From: Phenylobacterium sp.
Lineage (GTDB): Bacteria > Pseudomonadota > Alphaproteobacteria > Caulobacterales > Caulobacteraceae
Length of the DNA: 62,202 nt
Direction of reading: 5' to 3'
Assembly (NCBI RefSeq): GCF_036723115.1
Contig: NZ_DAIMHV010000002.1
Span: 1-62,202, forward strand
The translations under genes and the position numbers were made by a program. Shown one piece after another: positions 50,385-60,553 of the stretch. The notes beneath the pieces are model-generated. The model was not told where the DNA came from, made no database searches, and was given only the letters and a program-made list of their open reading frames with translations. Position 1 is the first letter of the stretch, and the number at the start of each line of letters is the position of its first letter.

Positions 50385-51494
50385 TCAGATCTTGCGCACG
50401 TAGCGATGGGGGACGAAGGGCAGAGGCGCGACCACGCAGGCCTGGGCCTTGCCCCTCACGATCACCTGCAACTCGGTTCCCACCTGGGCCAGGGCCGGGG
50501 GCACGAAGCCGAGCGCGATGGGATGGCCAAGGGTGGGGGAAAACCCGCCGGAGGTCACCACCCCCACCACCTGGCCCGAAGCATCGGCGATCTCCGCGCC
50601 CTCGCGGGCCGGGGCGCCGGTGATGGTCAGGCCCACGGCCTTGCGCGACACCTCGCCGGCCAGCTCCTGGGCGATGCGGGCCGCGCCGGGGAAATCGCGG
50701 GCGTCCCGGCGCTTCTTCGAGACCGCAAAGGCGAGGCCCGCCTCAATGGGAGAGACGGTCTCGTCCAGGTCGTGCCCATAGAGGGGCAGCCCCGCCTCCA
50801 GGCGCAGGCTGTCGCGGGCGCCCAGACCGATGGGCCGTACCCGCTCATCGGCCAGCAGCGTCGCCCAGACTCGGGGCGCCTCGCCGCCGGGCACCGAAAT
50901 CTCGTAGCCGTCCTCGCCCGTATAGCCCGAGCGCGACACGATGGCGTCGGTCCCGAAGGCGGTCATGGCGGCGGTCTCCATGAAGACCAGGCGCGCGGCG
51001 TCGGGAGCGTGTTGCGCCAGCACCAGGGCGGCCTTGGGCCCCTGCAGGGCCAGCAGGGCGCGGTCTTCCAGGCGGTCGATGCGCACCTGGCCGGCCAGTT
51101 CGTCGTCGATGACCTTGAAGTCGTTGTCCTTGCAGGCGCCGTTGACCACCACGAACAGGCCGTCGTCATCGGGACGCCCGGCCATCAGATCATCGATGAT
51201 CCCGCCCTTCTTGTTCAGAAGGACGGAGTAGCGCTGCTTGCCGGGCTTGAGGCCGATGAAGTCGCCGGGCGTCACCTCCTCGAAGGCCGACAGGGGGGAG
51301 ACGCCGCGCAGGCGGGCCTGACCCATGTGGGAGACATCAAACAGGCCGGCGTTTTCCCGGGTCCACAGATGCTCCTTGAGCACGCCGTCCCGGTACTGGA
51401 CGGGCATATGGTAGCCGGCGAAGGGCACCATGCGCGCGCCCGCCTCGAGATGGGCCTCGTAGAGCGGGGTCTTTTTCAGGTCGGCGTCGGCCAA
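50385..51494 (-). CDS. gcvT: Glycine cleavage system T protein (aminomethyltransferase)
   Basis: KTPLY, LFDVSHMG, SRSGYTGEDGYEI, GLGARDSLRLEAG. Probable TTG start at 51494 after GGAG. Confidence 0.96.
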   Translation of the reverse strand: MADADLKKTPLYEAHLEAGARMVPFAGYHMPVQYRDGVLKEHLWTRENAGLFDVSHMGQARLRGVSPLSAFEEVTPGDFIGLKPGKQRYSVLLNKKGGIIDDLMAGRPDDDGLFVVVNGACKDNDFKVIDDELAGQVRIDRLEDRALLALQGPKAALVLAQHAPDAARLVFMETAAMTAFGTDAIVSRSGYTGEDGYEISVPGGEAPRVWATLLADERVRPIGLGARDSLRLEAGLPLYGHDLDETVSPIEAGLAFAVSKKRRDARDFPGAARIAQELAGEVSRKAVGLTITGAPAREGAEIADASGQVVGVVTSGGFSPTLGHPIALGFVPPALAQVGTELQVIVRGKAQACVVAPLPFVPHRYVRKI

Positions 51495-51552
51495 GGCGAT
51501 CTCCAGCTGATGATTCGGCGCGTCCGGGCGCATGACCGCCCCGTCGACCCGC

Positions 51553-51750
51553 GCCCCCGCTGTCCCTGAGCCTGAGAGATTTAGGGGCGATCCGCGAGGG
51601 GATCCGACCCACTGCTCCTTCGGCGAGCCCTACCTTTCGGCGAGCTTCTTTCCAGCGTTCATCAGCCCTTCGCGGTCCTTTTGCCTGAGCGTTTCCGGGG
51701 CGGTTGCGCCTTCGGCGCCGGGGCGTCGCCGACCCGGTCTCTCCCGCGAG
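51553..51750 (-). ncRNA. Tandem glycine riboswitch
   Basis: On the minus strand, aptamer 1 reads GGAGAG...CGCCGAAGGCGCAA...AACGCTCAGGCAAAAGGAC and aptamer 2 reads CTGGAAAG...CGCCGAAGGAGCA...AATCTCTCAGGCT..GGACAG. Directly upstream of gcvT. Confidence 0.93.
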
Positions 51751-51828
51751 GAGTGCTCGGAAACTCCGCGATCCCCCGGCGGGAGTCAACGCGCAAAGTG
51801 TGCGCTGCGGCAGGGCGGGGCCAAGTGC

Positions 51829-52923
51829 TCAGTCGCGCGCCGGAGGGTTCGCCCCTGACACGCGCGCCACCCGACCCCCGCGCTCGTACCAGCCCCTGCT
51901 CCGGTTCACGACCGCCACCAGGGTCAGCATCACCGGGACCTCGATCAGCACGCCCACCACGGTGGCCAGGGCCGCGCCGGAATTGAGTCCGAACAGGCTG
52001 ATGGCCGCGGCCACGGCGAGCTCGAAGAAGTTGCTCGCGCCGATCAGGGCCGAAGGCCCGGCGATGCAGTGGGCCTCGCCCGTCACCCGATTGAGCAGAT
52101 AGGCCAGGCCGAAAATGAAATAGGTCTGGATGGCGATGGGGACCGCCAGCAGGGCGATCACCCCGGGCTGACGCAGGATCTGCTCGCCCTGAAAGGCGAA
52201 GAGCAGGACCACCGTGGCCAGCAGGGCCATGATCGACACCGGCTGCACGCCGCGCAGGAACCGCTCGAGGCCGACCCCGTCGCCTTGCGCCAGCCAGAGG
52301 CGCAGCCCCTGGGCGATGATCACCGGCACGACGATGTAGATGGCCACCGAAAGCAGCAGGGTCTCCCACGGCACGACGATGGCCGACAGGCCGAGCAGCA
52401 GGCCGACGATGGGCGCGAAGGCGACCACCATGATCGCATCGTTCAGCGCCACCTGGCTCAGGGTGAAGGGGGGATCGCCGCGGGTCAGATTGCTCCAGAC
52501 GAACACCATGGCCGTGCACGGCGCGGCGCCCAGAAGAATGAGGCCGGCGATATAGCTGGCGATCTCCGCTTCCGGCAGCAGAGGGCGGAACAGCCAGCCG
52601 ATGAACACCCAGCCCAGCAGGGCCATGGTGAAGGGCTTGACCGCCCAGTTGGCGAACAGGGTGACCCCGATGCCGCGCCAGTGCCGCCCCACCCCCGCCA
52701 GAGCGCGGAAGTCGATCTTCACCAGCATGGGGATGATCATCGCCCAGATCAGCACGGCCACCGGCAGGTTCACCTGGGCGACCTCCAGGGCCGCCACCCG
52801 TTGGAAGGCCGGGGCGAAGATCTGGCCCAGGGCCACGCCGGCGACGATGCACAGCGCCACCCAGAGCGTCAGGTAGCGCTCGAAGACCGGCATTCTGGGG
52901 GGAGAGGCCTGCGAAGATCTCAC
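51829..52923 (-). CDS. acr3: ACR3 family arsenite efflux transporter
   Basis: FERYLTLWV, AAPCTAMVFVWS, ASNFFELAVA, VGVLIEVPVM. Start is GTG 52923 (overlapping the arsC stop) or ATG 52893. Confidence 0.95.
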   Translation of the reverse strand: MRSSQASPPRMPVFERYLTLWVALCIVAGVALGQIFAPAFQRVAALEVAQVNLPVAVLIWAMIIPMLVKIDFRALAGVGRHWRGIGVTLFANWAVKPFTMALLGWVFIGWLFRPLLPEAEIASYIAGLILLGAAPCTAMVFVWSNLTRGDPPFTLSQVALNDAIMVVAFAPIVGLLLGLSAIVVPWETLLLSVAIYIVVPVIIAQGLRLWLAQGDGVGLERFLRGVQPVSIMALLATVVLLFAFQGEQILRQPGVIALLAVPIAIQTYFIFGLAYLLNRVTGEAHCIAGPSALIGASNFFELAVAAAISLFGLNSGAALATVVGVLIEVPVMLTLVAVVNRSRGWYERGGRVARVSGANPPARD

Positions 52924-53423
52924 AGCGGGGCGTCCTGGTGGATCTGCTGCAGGGCGGATTTCAGCTGCGCGGTGTCCCGCGTCAGGTCCAGCGCGGTCAG
53001 GGCGACGATACGCGCCTCCAGCTGGGCGTAGGCCCTAGCGAAGGCCGCCGGGGCGGCGTCGGCTTCGGCGGCGGCGGGGTCGGGCAGCCCCCAGTGGGCG
53101 GCCGCGGGGCGCCCGGGCCAGATGGGACAGACCTCTCCGGCGGCGTTGTCGCAGACGGTGATGATCAGATCGAGCTCCGGCGCCCCGGGCGGGGCGAACT
53201 CGTCCCAACTCTTGGACCGCAGGCCCGAAACATCATGACCCCGGGCGGCCAGCAGTTTGAGGCTTTCGGGATGGACCTGACCCTTGGGCATGGACCCCGC
53301 GGAATGGCCGATCCAGCGCCCGGCCCCCAGCGCATTGAGCAGGGCCTCGGCGAGAATGGATCGCGCCGAATTGCCCGTACAGAGAAAGAGGACGCGCCGC
53401 GGCGCCGGATCGGTCAGAGACAT
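52920..53423 (-). CDS. arsC: Arsenate reductase (LMW-PTP fold, thioredoxin type)
   Basis: LFLCTGNSARS, RSKSWDEF, ITVCDNAAGEVCPIWPG, HWGLPDP. Confidence 0.95.
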   Translation of the reverse strand: MSLTDPAPRRVLFLCTGNSARSILAEALLNALGAGRWIGHSAGSMPKGQVHPESLKLLAARGHDVSGLRSKSWDEFAPPGAPELDLIITVCDNAAGEVCPIWPGRPAAAHWGLPDPAAAEADAAPAAFARAYAQLEARIVALTALDLTRDTAQLKSALQQIHQDAPL

Positions 53424-53430
53424 GACGGCC

Positions 53431-53892
53431 TCAGCAGCAGGCGGGCGCAGGGGCGGCCGGCGCAGGCGTCGGCGCGCCGCAGCACGCCTCGCCCTCGGTC
53501 ATCGCCGGAACATCGTCCTCGCCATAGGTGGTCGCCTCGCCGAAGGTATGGAAGGTCTCCCAGCGCAGGCCGGAGGGATCGCTGACCCAGCTCTTGTCCG
53601 ACCGGGCGTAGCAGCAGGTGGCCGCCTCCTGGTCGAAGGTCGTCTCCCCCGCCGCCTTCAGGCGTCCGGCCAGCTGGACCAGCTCCGCGCCCTCGTCCAC
53701 ATGGATACCCAGGTGATCGACTCCCGGCGCGCCGCCTCGGGCGGAGATGGCGAAGTTCACCTTCGGGTCGTCCAGCTGCCACTTGGCGTAGTCGTCCTTC
53801 ACCACGCTGGGCGAGGCGCCGAACAGGGTGGTGTAGAACTGGCGGGAGCGTTCGAGATCTTCCACCGACACATGAACGTGCAGACGCTTCAT
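53431..53892 (-). CDS. arsI: ArsI/CadI family glyoxalase-fold metalloenzyme
   Basis: RLHVH, DYAKW..DDP.VNF, HLGI, TCCYA.SDK.WV.DP.G..WE. Confidence 0.88.
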   Translation of the reverse strand: MKRLHVHVSVEDLERSRQFYTTLFGASPSVVKDDYAKWQLDDPKVNFAISARGGAPGVDHLGIHVDEGAELVQLAGRLKAAGETTFDQEAATCCYARSDKSWVSDPSGLRWETFHTFGEATTYGEDDVPAMTEGEACCGAPTPAPAAPAPACC

Positions 53893-54245
53893 TGGACTGT
53901 TCCTTGGGGCTGATCGCAGCAGGCCAGGGCCGCCGCCGTGACGGGCGCGCAGACTTCAGGACGGCCCTGGCAGCAGTCCTGCATGAGGTAGAGCAACAGG
54001 TCCCCCATGCCCTCATAGTCGGCGCTGTAGATGATCGAGCGACCGTCCCGGCGTGAGCGGATCAGGCCGGCATTGGCGAGAATGGTCAGCTGGGCCGACA
54101 GGGTGTTGGGCGCGACGCCGGCGGCCTTGGCCAGATCGCCGGCGGCCAGCCCCTCCCGGCCCGCCTGGACCAGACGGCGGAAGACATCCAACCGACCCTG
54201 CTGGGCCAGGGCGGACAGACGTTTGAGGGCGGTCTCGATTTCCAT
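53889..54245 (-). CDS. arsR: Arsenic-responsive ArsR repressor
   Basis: ALAQ..RL.VFR.LV.AG..G, NTLS.QL, RRDGRSIIY, C-terminal CCQGRPEVC. Confidence 0.93.
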   Translation of the reverse strand: MEIETALKRLSALAQQGRLDVFRRLVQAGREGLAAGDLAKAAGVAPNTLSAQLTILANAGLIRSRRDGRSIIYSADYEGMGDLLLYLMQDCCQGRPEVCAPVTAAALACCDQPQGTVQ

Positions 54246-54281
54246 ATTTCTATGATTATGGAAATGTAGAACCGAAGTCAA
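54246..54281 (-). promoter_or_regulatory. ars promoter/operator, probably giving a leaderless arsR mRNA
   Basis: TTGACT at 54281-54276. The imperfect palindrome ATTTCCATAATCATAGAAAT (54265-54246) abuts the ATG. No RBS. Confidence 0.65.
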
Positions 54282-54313
54282 GCTCTGATGCGAACTCGGG
54301 GTCGCAGGGGCGC

Positions 54314-56116
54314 CTACATGCGTTCGGGGGCTTCGATACCCAGAAGGTCCAGGGCCAGTTCCAGCTGGCGCAGGGTCACCGCCGCCAGGGTCAAACGGGA
54401 GGCGCGGACGTCTTCGCTGTCGGCGGCCATGATCGGGCAGGCCGCATAGAAGCGGGAAAAGGCCTGGGCCAGCTTGTAGGCATGGTCTGCGATGAAGTTG
54501 GGCGCCTTGCGCTCATAGGCCTCGGCCAGGGCGTGGTCGAAGGCGTCGAGCAAAAGGGCGAGCTCGCGCTCGGCGGGCTCGGCCACCACGATCGGCCCCG
54601 CGGCCGCGCCCTCGTCGGCGGCCCGCCGCAGCACCGACTTCACCCGCACCGCCTGATACAGCAGATACGGACCGGTCTTGCCCTCGAAGCTGGTGAAGCG
54701 GTCCAGATCGAAGACATAGGAGGTGCCCCGGAAGTTCTGCAGGTCGGCGAACTTCAGGGCGGCCACGGCCACCTTGTGGGCCACATCCTCGAAGGCGTCC
54801 TCGGTGAAGCCCGCCCCCAGATCGGCTTCGCGCAGGCGCTCGCGGGCCTTTTCCCGGGTCATCTCGATGAGGTCGTGCAGCTTGAGCACGCCCCCCTCGC
54901 GGGTCTTGAAGGGCTTGCCGTCGGCGCCGTTCATGGTGCCGAAGCCGATGTGCTCCAGCGCCCCCTCGGCCGCATAGCCGGCCAGATAGGCGGCGCGGAA
55001 GACGATCTCGAAGTGATCGGCCTGCCGCTGGTCCACCACATAGAGCACGTGGTCGGGACCGAAGCTGCGCTTGCGGTCCAGGATGGTGGCGAGGTCGGTG
55101 GTGCCGTACATGGCCGACCCTTCCGAGGAGACCACCAGCAGGGGCGGCAGCTCGCGCTTGTCGCCTTCGCGGTTCACCCGGACGATCCGGGCGCCCTGGT
55201 CGTCCACCAGCAGGGCCTTGGCCTCCAGATCGGCGACCATCTCCGGGATCAGGGGATCGGCGTCGCTCTCCCCCTTCCACAGGTCGAAGTCCACGCCGAT
55301 GGCGTGGAAGTCCCGCGCCAGGGCCACCTGGGTCACCCGGGCGAAGTGCCGCCACAGCAGGAAATAGCCCGGCCGGCGGGCCTGGAGATCGGCGGTCAGG
55401 CGCCGCGCGCGGTCGCGGTAGTCGGGGTCTTCCTTGCCCTTGGCCGCGGCGGCCGGATAGAGCCGGTCGAGATCGGCCAGGCTGATCCGTTCGTCCAGGG
55501 CCTCGAAGGCCTTGGCTTCCTCGTCCTCGGTGAGCGGCGAGGTGCGGCCGTTCACCTGCTCCACCAGCTTGGCGATGAACGGGTCCTCGTCACAGACGGC
55601 CCCGATCAGCAGACCCATCTGATAGCCCCAGTCGCCGAAGTGGGCGTCGCCCACCACCTCGTCGCCCCGAAACCGGTAAAGCCGTTTGATGGCCTCGCCG
55701 ATGATGGAGGACCGCAGGTGGCCCACATGCATGGGCTTGGCCACATTGGGGCCGCCATAGTCCACCAGGACGCGGCGGGGCGTATCGACCCTGGCCGCGC
55801 CGACGCGGGGATCGCCGGCGATCTCATTGGCGCGGGCCGAGAGCGCCCCGGCGCTCACCCGCATATTGATGAAGCCGAGGCCCGCGATCTCCACCGAGGC
55901 CAGGCGCGGATCGCTAGCCAGGGCGGCCACCACGCCCGCGGCGATCTCCCGCGGGTCGCGCTTGGCCTGCTTGGCCGCGGCCAGGGCGCCGTTGCACTGG
56001 AAGTCGGCCAGGTCTGGCCGGTCGGACGGAGTCACCCGGCCAAGCTCGGCCGGCAGACCCGCGGCGGCGAAGGCGGCCGAAACCGCCTCGCCCAGCCCAC
56101 GCTTAAGCTCGCTCAT
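54314..56116 (-). CDS. argS: Arginine--tRNA ligase
   Basis: [20 protein letters not shown] (HIGH), [23 protein letters not shown]-terminus. Confidence 0.97.
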   Translation of the reverse strand: MSELKRGLGEAVSAAFAAAGLPAELGRVTPSDRPDLADFQCNGALAAAKQAKRDPREIAAGVVAALASDPRLASVEIAGLGFINMRVSAGALSARANEIAGDPRVGAARVDTPRRVLVDYGGPNVAKPMHVGHLRSSIIGEAIKRLYRFRGDEVVGDAHFGDWGYQMGLLIGAVCDEDPFIAKLVEQVNGRTSPLTEDEEAKAFEALDERISLADLDRLYPAAAAKGKEDPDYRDRARRLTADLQARRPGYFLLWRHFARVTQVALARDFHAIGVDFDLWKGESDADPLIPEMVADLEAKALLVDDQGARIVRVNREGDKRELPPLLVVSSEGSAMYGTTDLATILDRKRSFGPDHVLYVVDQRQADHFEIVFRAAYLAGYAAEGALEHIGFGTMNGADGKPFKTREGGVLKLHDLIEMTREKARERLREADLGAGFTEDAFEDVAHKVAVAALKFADLQNFRGTSYVFDLDRFTSFEGKTGPYLLYQAVRVKSVLRRAADEGAAAGPIVVAEPAERELALLLDAFDHALAEAYERKAPNFIADHAYKLAQAFSRFYAACPIMAADSEDVRASRLTLAAVTLRQLELALDLLGIEAPERM

Positions 56117-56802
56117 GGGGTGGCGGTCGGCGTCCCGGCGCTGGCCTCGGGCGTGCCCACGTCGATGCGGAAGCGTTTACCGGCGCGGTTGAACTCGGCC
56201 ATCTGCGGCGTCACGTCGAAGCCCACCAACACTTCGAAATTGGCGCCGCTGGTGGTCAGCTGGGCCCGGGGGATGACGATGCCTTCCAGGGTCTGGCGCA
56301 CATAGGTGCGATCCTCGCCGGCGCGGAAGGTCACGGGCAGGTCGAAATACTCCTTGGCGATGACCGCGTCGTTGCGCTTGGTCACCGCCACCCAGTAGCG
56401 ATAGGTTTTCTGGCCGCCCTGGGCCATGGGTCCGCGGCCCAGTTCGAACAGCATCTCCATGGACAGGCGGATGGGCTCCTCGTCCTTGTAGGAGCAGCCG
56501 CCCGAAACGCCCTGAATCTCGCCGGTATAGGCCACCGCCGAGGACGCCTCCTGGGCGCCCTGGAACTCAATATAGCGGCCGGCGTCGTAGAGCACCTTGA
56601 CGAAGGGGCAGGGACCAGCGTTGCGCAACTGCGGCAGCGGCGCCTGGCGATCGCCCCATTCGCTGGCGCGGGCCCGCCGGTCGGCGGCGCTGTCGCTGCT
56701 GTCGTCCTGGCCGCGCCCACGGGACTGGGCGTAGGCGTCCGTCGGAACTTGGCTGGCGGCGGCGGCGAGGGCGCATAACGCGGTCAGCAGGATACGGCGC
56801 AT
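56113..56802 (-). CDS. Conserved exported hypothetical protein
   Basis: Signal peptide, CP.V.VL.DA.R, YWVAV, KEYF, FEVLVGF......FNR. Confidence 0.8.
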   Translation of the reverse strand: MRRILLTALCALAAAASQVPTDAYAQSRGRGQDDSSDSAADRRARASEWGDRQAPLPQLRNAGPCPFVKVLYDAGRYIEFQGAQEASSAVAYTGEIQGVSGGCSYKDEEPIRLSMEMLFELGRGPMAQGGQKTYRYWVAVTKRNDAVIAKEYFDLPVTFRAGEDRTYVRQTLEGIVIPRAQLTTSGANFEVLVGFDVTPQMAEFNRAGKRFRIDVGTPEASAGTPTATP

Positions 56803-56921
56803 GGAATGTCCAAATGTCTCGGCGCGCTGAAACCGCGCGTGAAGGGCCTCTACTAATGGTTCTCGAATGAGGCCGCAACGCGGCTGGCGGCGCGGGCGCG
56901 AAGCCCCTAACTTGCAGGCCC

Positions 56922-57881
56922 ATGAGCGCCTCCTCCGACAAGCCTCCCCTGACCGTCCGCCTGGCCGCCCCCCGGGGCTTCTGCGCGGGGGTGGACCGGG
57001 CGATCCAGATCGTCGAGCGGGCCATCGCGCGCTATGGCGCCCCGGTCTATGTCCGCCACGAGATCGTCCATAACCGCCATGTGGTGGACCGCCTGCGGGC
57101 GCTGGGCGCGGTGTTCGTCGAGGAGCTGGACGAATGCCCCGCCGACCGGCCGGTGGTCTTCTCCGCCCATGGGGTGCCCAAGTCGGTGCCGGCTGAGGCC
57201 CAGGCGCGGCGAATGCTCTATCTGGACGCCACCTGCCCCCTGGTCTCCAAGGTCCATGTGGAGGCCCAGCGGCATTTCGAGGCGGGCAAGGAGATCGTGC
57301 TGATCGGCCATGCGGGGCATCCCGAGGTGATCGGCACCATGGGCCAGCTGCCCGAGGGCGCCGTCACCCTCATCGAGACCGTGGACGACGCCGCGCGGTT
57401 CCAGCCGCGCGATCCCGCCAATGTCGCCTTCGCCACCCAGACCACCCTGTCGGTGGACGACACCGCCGACATCGTCGGCGTGCTGAAGGCCCGCTTTCCC
57501 GAGATCGCCGCCCCCCACAAGGAAGACATCTGCTACGCCACCACCAACCGCCAGGAGGCCGTCAAGGTCGTGGCCGAAGGCTCCGACCTGCTGCTGGTGA
57601 TCGGCTCGGCCAACTCCTCCAATTCCGTGCGTCTGGCCGAGGTGGGCCGCCGGGCCGGCTGCCCGGCCCATCTCATCGATGACGCGAGCGCGCTGGACTT
57701 CGCCTGGCTGGAAGGCGCCCGCCAGGTGGGGGTGACAGCGGGCGCCTCAGCGCCTGAAGACCTGGTCCAGGCCCTGCTGGCGCGTCTGGGCGAGCGGTAC
57801 GCGGTGACGGTGGAGACGGTGGAATCGGCCCGCGAGACGGTGAGCTTCAAGCTGCCCCGGGGGCTGAGCGAGCCGGCCTGA
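56922..57881 (+). CDS. ispH: 4-hydroxy-3-methylbut-2-enyl diphosphate reductase
   Basis: [35 protein letters not shown]. Confidence 0.98.
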   Translation: MSASSDKPPLTVRLAAPRGFCAGVDRAIQIVERAIARYGAPVYVRHEIVHNRHVVDRLRALGAVFVEELDECPADRPVVFSAHGVPKSVPAEAQARRMLYLDATCPLVSKVHVEAQRHFEAGKEIVLIGHAGHPEVIGTMGQLPEGAVTLIETVDDAARFQPRDPANVAFATQTTLSVDDTADIVGVLKARFPEIAAPHKEDICYATTNRQEAVKVVAEGSDLLLVIGSANSSNSVRLAEVGRRAGCPAHLIDDASALDFAWLEGARQVGVTAGASAPEDLVQALLARLGERYAVTVETVESARETVSFKLPRGLSEPA

Positions 57882-57974
57882 CCCGCTCGGATCGCCGCGG
57901 GCCTGAGCGAAATCCCGGGACAAGCGCGCCGCCCGGCTTGACCGCGCCCGCGGCCTCCCTCATGCCCCGGACCC

Positions 57975-58940
57975 ATGGCCGTCTATACTGATCTGTCCGA
58001 CGAGGAGCTGGACCTCCTTCTCGCCCGCTACGACCTGGGCGCGCCCCTGGCTTTCAAGGGCATCGCCGAGGGGGTTGAGAATTCCAACTTCCTGCTGGAG
58101 ACCGAGGCCGGCCACTTCATCCTGACCGTCTATGAGAAGCGGGTGCGGAAGGAGGATCTGCCCTTCTTCCTCGGGCTCATGCGCTGGCTGGCCGATCACG
58201 ACTATCCCTGCGCCACCCCCATGCCGGGCCTGGACGGCGGCCTGATCCAGGAGGTTCGCGGCAAGCCGGCGGCGATCGTCAGCTTCCTGCCCGGCCTTTC
58301 GGTGCGCAGGCCGAGCGCCCGGCACTGCCGTGAGGCCGGCGAAGGGCTAGCCCGCCTGCACCTGGCCGCCGAGGGCTTTCCCATGGCCCGGACGAACGAC
58401 CTCGGCCAGACCGCCTGGGCGCCCCTGTTCGCCGGCCTTCACGAAGCGGCCGAAGCTCTGAAGCCTGGACTGTCGGCCACCATCGCGGCGGACCTGGACC
58501 GGTTGGCCGCCGCCTGGCCCCAGGGCCTGCCCACGGGAATCGTCCACGCCGACTACTTCCCGGACAATGTGTTCTTCCAGGGGGAGCGGTTCGCCGCGAC
58601 CATCGACTTCTATTTCGCCTGCGTGGACGCGCTGGCCTATGACATCGCCGTGGCGCTGAACGCCTGGTGCTTCGAGGCCGACGGCAGCTTCAACATCACC
58701 AGCGCCCGGGCGCTGGTGGCCGGCTATGAGACCCACCGCGCTCTGAGCAGCGCCGAGCGCGCCGCCCTGCCCGTCCTGGCCCACGGCGCGGCCATGCGCT
58801 TCTTCCTGACGCGTCTGCACGACTGGGGGGCGACGCCGGCCGGCGCCCTGGTCAAGCCCAAGGACCCGCTGGAATATGAGCGCAAGCTCGCCGTCCACCG
58901 CAGCGCCCCCGACCTCGTGCTGTTCGGCGACCAGGCATGA
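57975..58940 (+). CDS. thrB: Homoserine kinase (type II)
   Basis: [40 protein letters not shown]. Confidence 0.95.
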   Translation: MAVYTDLSDEELDLLLARYDLGAPLAFKGIAEGVENSNFLLETEAGHFILTVYEKRVRKEDLPFFLGLMRWLADHDYPCATPMPGLDGGLIQEVRGKPAAIVSFLPGLSVRRPSARHCREAGEGLARLHLAAEGFPMARTNDLGQTAWAPLFAGLHEAAEALKPGLSATIAADLDRLAAAWPQGLPTGIVHADYFPDNVFFQGERFAATIDFYFACVDALAYDIAVALNAWCFEADGSFNITSARALVAGYETHRALSSAERAALPVLAHGAAMRFFLTRLHDWGATPAGALVKPKDPLEYERKLAVHRSAPDLVLFGDQA

Positions 58941-59404
58941 CGCCCCAGGTGGTGATCTATACGGACGGCGCGTGCAGCGGAAATCCGGGCCCCGGCGGCT
59001 GGGGCGCCGTCCTGCTGTGGGGCGATCGCGAGAAGACGCTCTGCGGCGGGGAGCCGGCGACCACCAACAACCGCATGGAAATGATGGCCGCCATCCAGGC
59101 CCTGGAGGCGCTCAACCGGCCCTGCCGGGTGGAGCTGCATACCGACAGCCAGTACCTGATGAAGGGCATCACCGAGTGGCTGCCCGGCTGGAAGGCGCGG
59201 GGCTGGAAGACGGCCTCAAGGGAGCCGGTGAAGAACGCCGACCTCTGGCGCAGGCTGGACGAGGCCCGCCTGCGCCACCAGGTGGACTGGCGCTGGGTCA
59301 AGGGTCATGCGGGCCACGAACTGAACGAGCGCGCCGACGCCTTGGCCCGGCAGGGCCTGAAGGAGGCTCAGGCCGCCCCGCCCATGGCCAGGAACCCCAC
59401 ATAG
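58937..59404 (+). CDS. rnhA: Ribonuclease HI
   Basis: [39 protein letters not shown]. Confidence 0.98.
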   Translation: MTPQVVIYTDGACSGNPGPGGWGAVLLWGDREKTLCGGEPATTNNRMEMMAAIQALEALNRPCRVELHTDSQYLMKGITEWLPGWKARGWKTASREPVKNADLWRRLDEARLRHQVDWRWVKGHAGHELNERADALARQGLKEAQAAPPMARNPT

Positions 59405-60315
59405 GCCACATAGGCCATGAGGAAGGCCGCCGACTCCAGGCGCTTCAACCCGCCGCCGGTGCGCATGAAGGCGATGAGCGCCACGGTGGCCGCCGCCATC
59501 ACCCAGATGTCCAGGCGGGCGATCTCCGGGGGCACGCGGATGGGATAGACCATGGCCGTGACGCCCAGAATGCCCAGGATGTTGTAGATGTTGGAGCCGA
59601 TCACATTACCCAGGGCCACGTCGCTGTGGCGACGCAGGGCGGCCACCACGCAGGCCACCAGCTCTGGCAAGGATGTGCCCACGGCGACCACGGTCAGGCC
59701 GATCACCGTGTCGGACACCCCCAGCCCCTCGGCCAGGTCGATGGCGCCGGAGACCAGCATGCGCGCGCCGCCCACCGTGAGTGCGATGCCGGCGGCGGTG
59801 AGCGCCACATTGATCCCCATGCCGCGCCAGTCCTTAGGCCGCGGCTCGCCTGCCCCCTCCGCGGCCTCCTGCCGGCGCTCGCGCAGATAGGCCTGGACGA
59901 TGTAGCCCACGAGCAGCAGGACCAGCACCAGGCCGAACCACAGGTCGATGAAGCCCGCCAACACGGCGACGACGCCGGCAGCCGAGGCCACGGCGAGCGC
60001 GATCATGTCGCGCCGGATGATCGAGGGCTTGAGCATGATGGGGGCGATCACCCCCGTGACCCCCAGGATCAGCAGGATGTTGGCGATGTTGGAGCCCACC
60101 ACATTGCCCACGGCGATGCCCGGCGCCTCGCGCATGGCGGCGGTGAGGCTGGTGACGAGCTCCGGCGTGGAGGTGCCGAAGCCCACGAGCACAAGGCCGC
60201 TCAGCAGGGGTGACACCCCCACAGCCCGTGCGGCGCCGACCGCGCCGCGCACCAGGATTTCGCCGCCCACGCCCAGAAGGACGAGGCCGCCCAGCAGCAG
60301 CAGAAAGGTGATCAT
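59368..60315 (-). CDS. Calcium/sodium antiporter (CaCA, YrbG-like)
   Basis: Two alpha repeats, GTSTPE...GNVVGSN and GTSLPE...GNVIGSN. 3' end overlaps rnhA by 37 nt. Confidence 0.93.
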   Translation of the reverse strand: MITFLLLLGGLVLLGVGGEILVRGAVGAARAVGVSPLLSGLVLVGFGTSTPELVTSLTAAMREAPGIAVGNVVGSNIANILLILGVTGVIAPIMLKPSIIRRDMIALAVASAAGVVAVLAGFIDLWFGLVLVLLLVGYIVQAYLRERRQEAAEGAGEPRPKDWRGMGINVALTAAGIALTVGGARMLVSGAIDLAEGLGVSDTVIGLTVVAVGTSLPELVACVVAALRRHSDVALGNVIGSNIYNILGILGVTAMVYPIRVPPEIARLDIWVMAAATVALIAFMRTGGGLKRLESAAFLMAYVAYVGFLAMGGAA

Positions 60316-60365
60316 GGGCAGCGCGCTCCGGGCTGCGACGTCGGTTGGGGGTGATCTGGGCGCAT
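60312..60365 (-). CDS. Putative 17-aa uORF coupled to the antiporter ([17 protein letters not shown])
   Basis: AGGAGAGG RBS before ATG 60365. Its TGA overlaps the antiporter ATG (ATGA), and the antiporter ATG has no RBS of its own. Confidence 0.5.
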   Translation of the reverse strand: MRPDHPQPTSQPGARCP

Positions 60366-60379
60366 GGCCTCTCCTGGCA

Positions 60380-60469
60380 GGGTCGCATGGGCGCTCGCAC
60401 AGGGGTGTCGTCCGGACCCTGATCGAGCTCACTCGATGCGGTCCGACATCACGCTTCCAGAGGAAGCGT
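60380..60469 (-). ncRNA. Candidate cis-regulatory RNA (riboswitch-like; possibly nhaA-II/Li+ class)
   Basis: Hairpin ACGCTTCC/GGAAGCGT, nested stem GGACC..ATCGAG/CTCGAT..GGTCC, then GACACCCCTGTGCGAGCGCCCATGCGACCC just upstream of the RBS. The class assignment is from memory and unverified. Confidence 0.45.
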
Positions 60470-60494
60470 CAGAGGGGCCCGGTCCGCGGCGGTT

Positions 60495-60523
60495 AGATTG
60501 TGGTGGCGCTTCAGGCGTTCAAG
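60495..60523 (-). promoter_or_regulatory. Putative RpoH-like promoter upstream of the antiporter leader
   Basis: Minus strand CTTGAA-N14-CCACAATCT. Confidence 0.35.
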
Positions 60524-60553
60524 GGGTCATGCCGGGCATTGTTGAAGCTGGTT

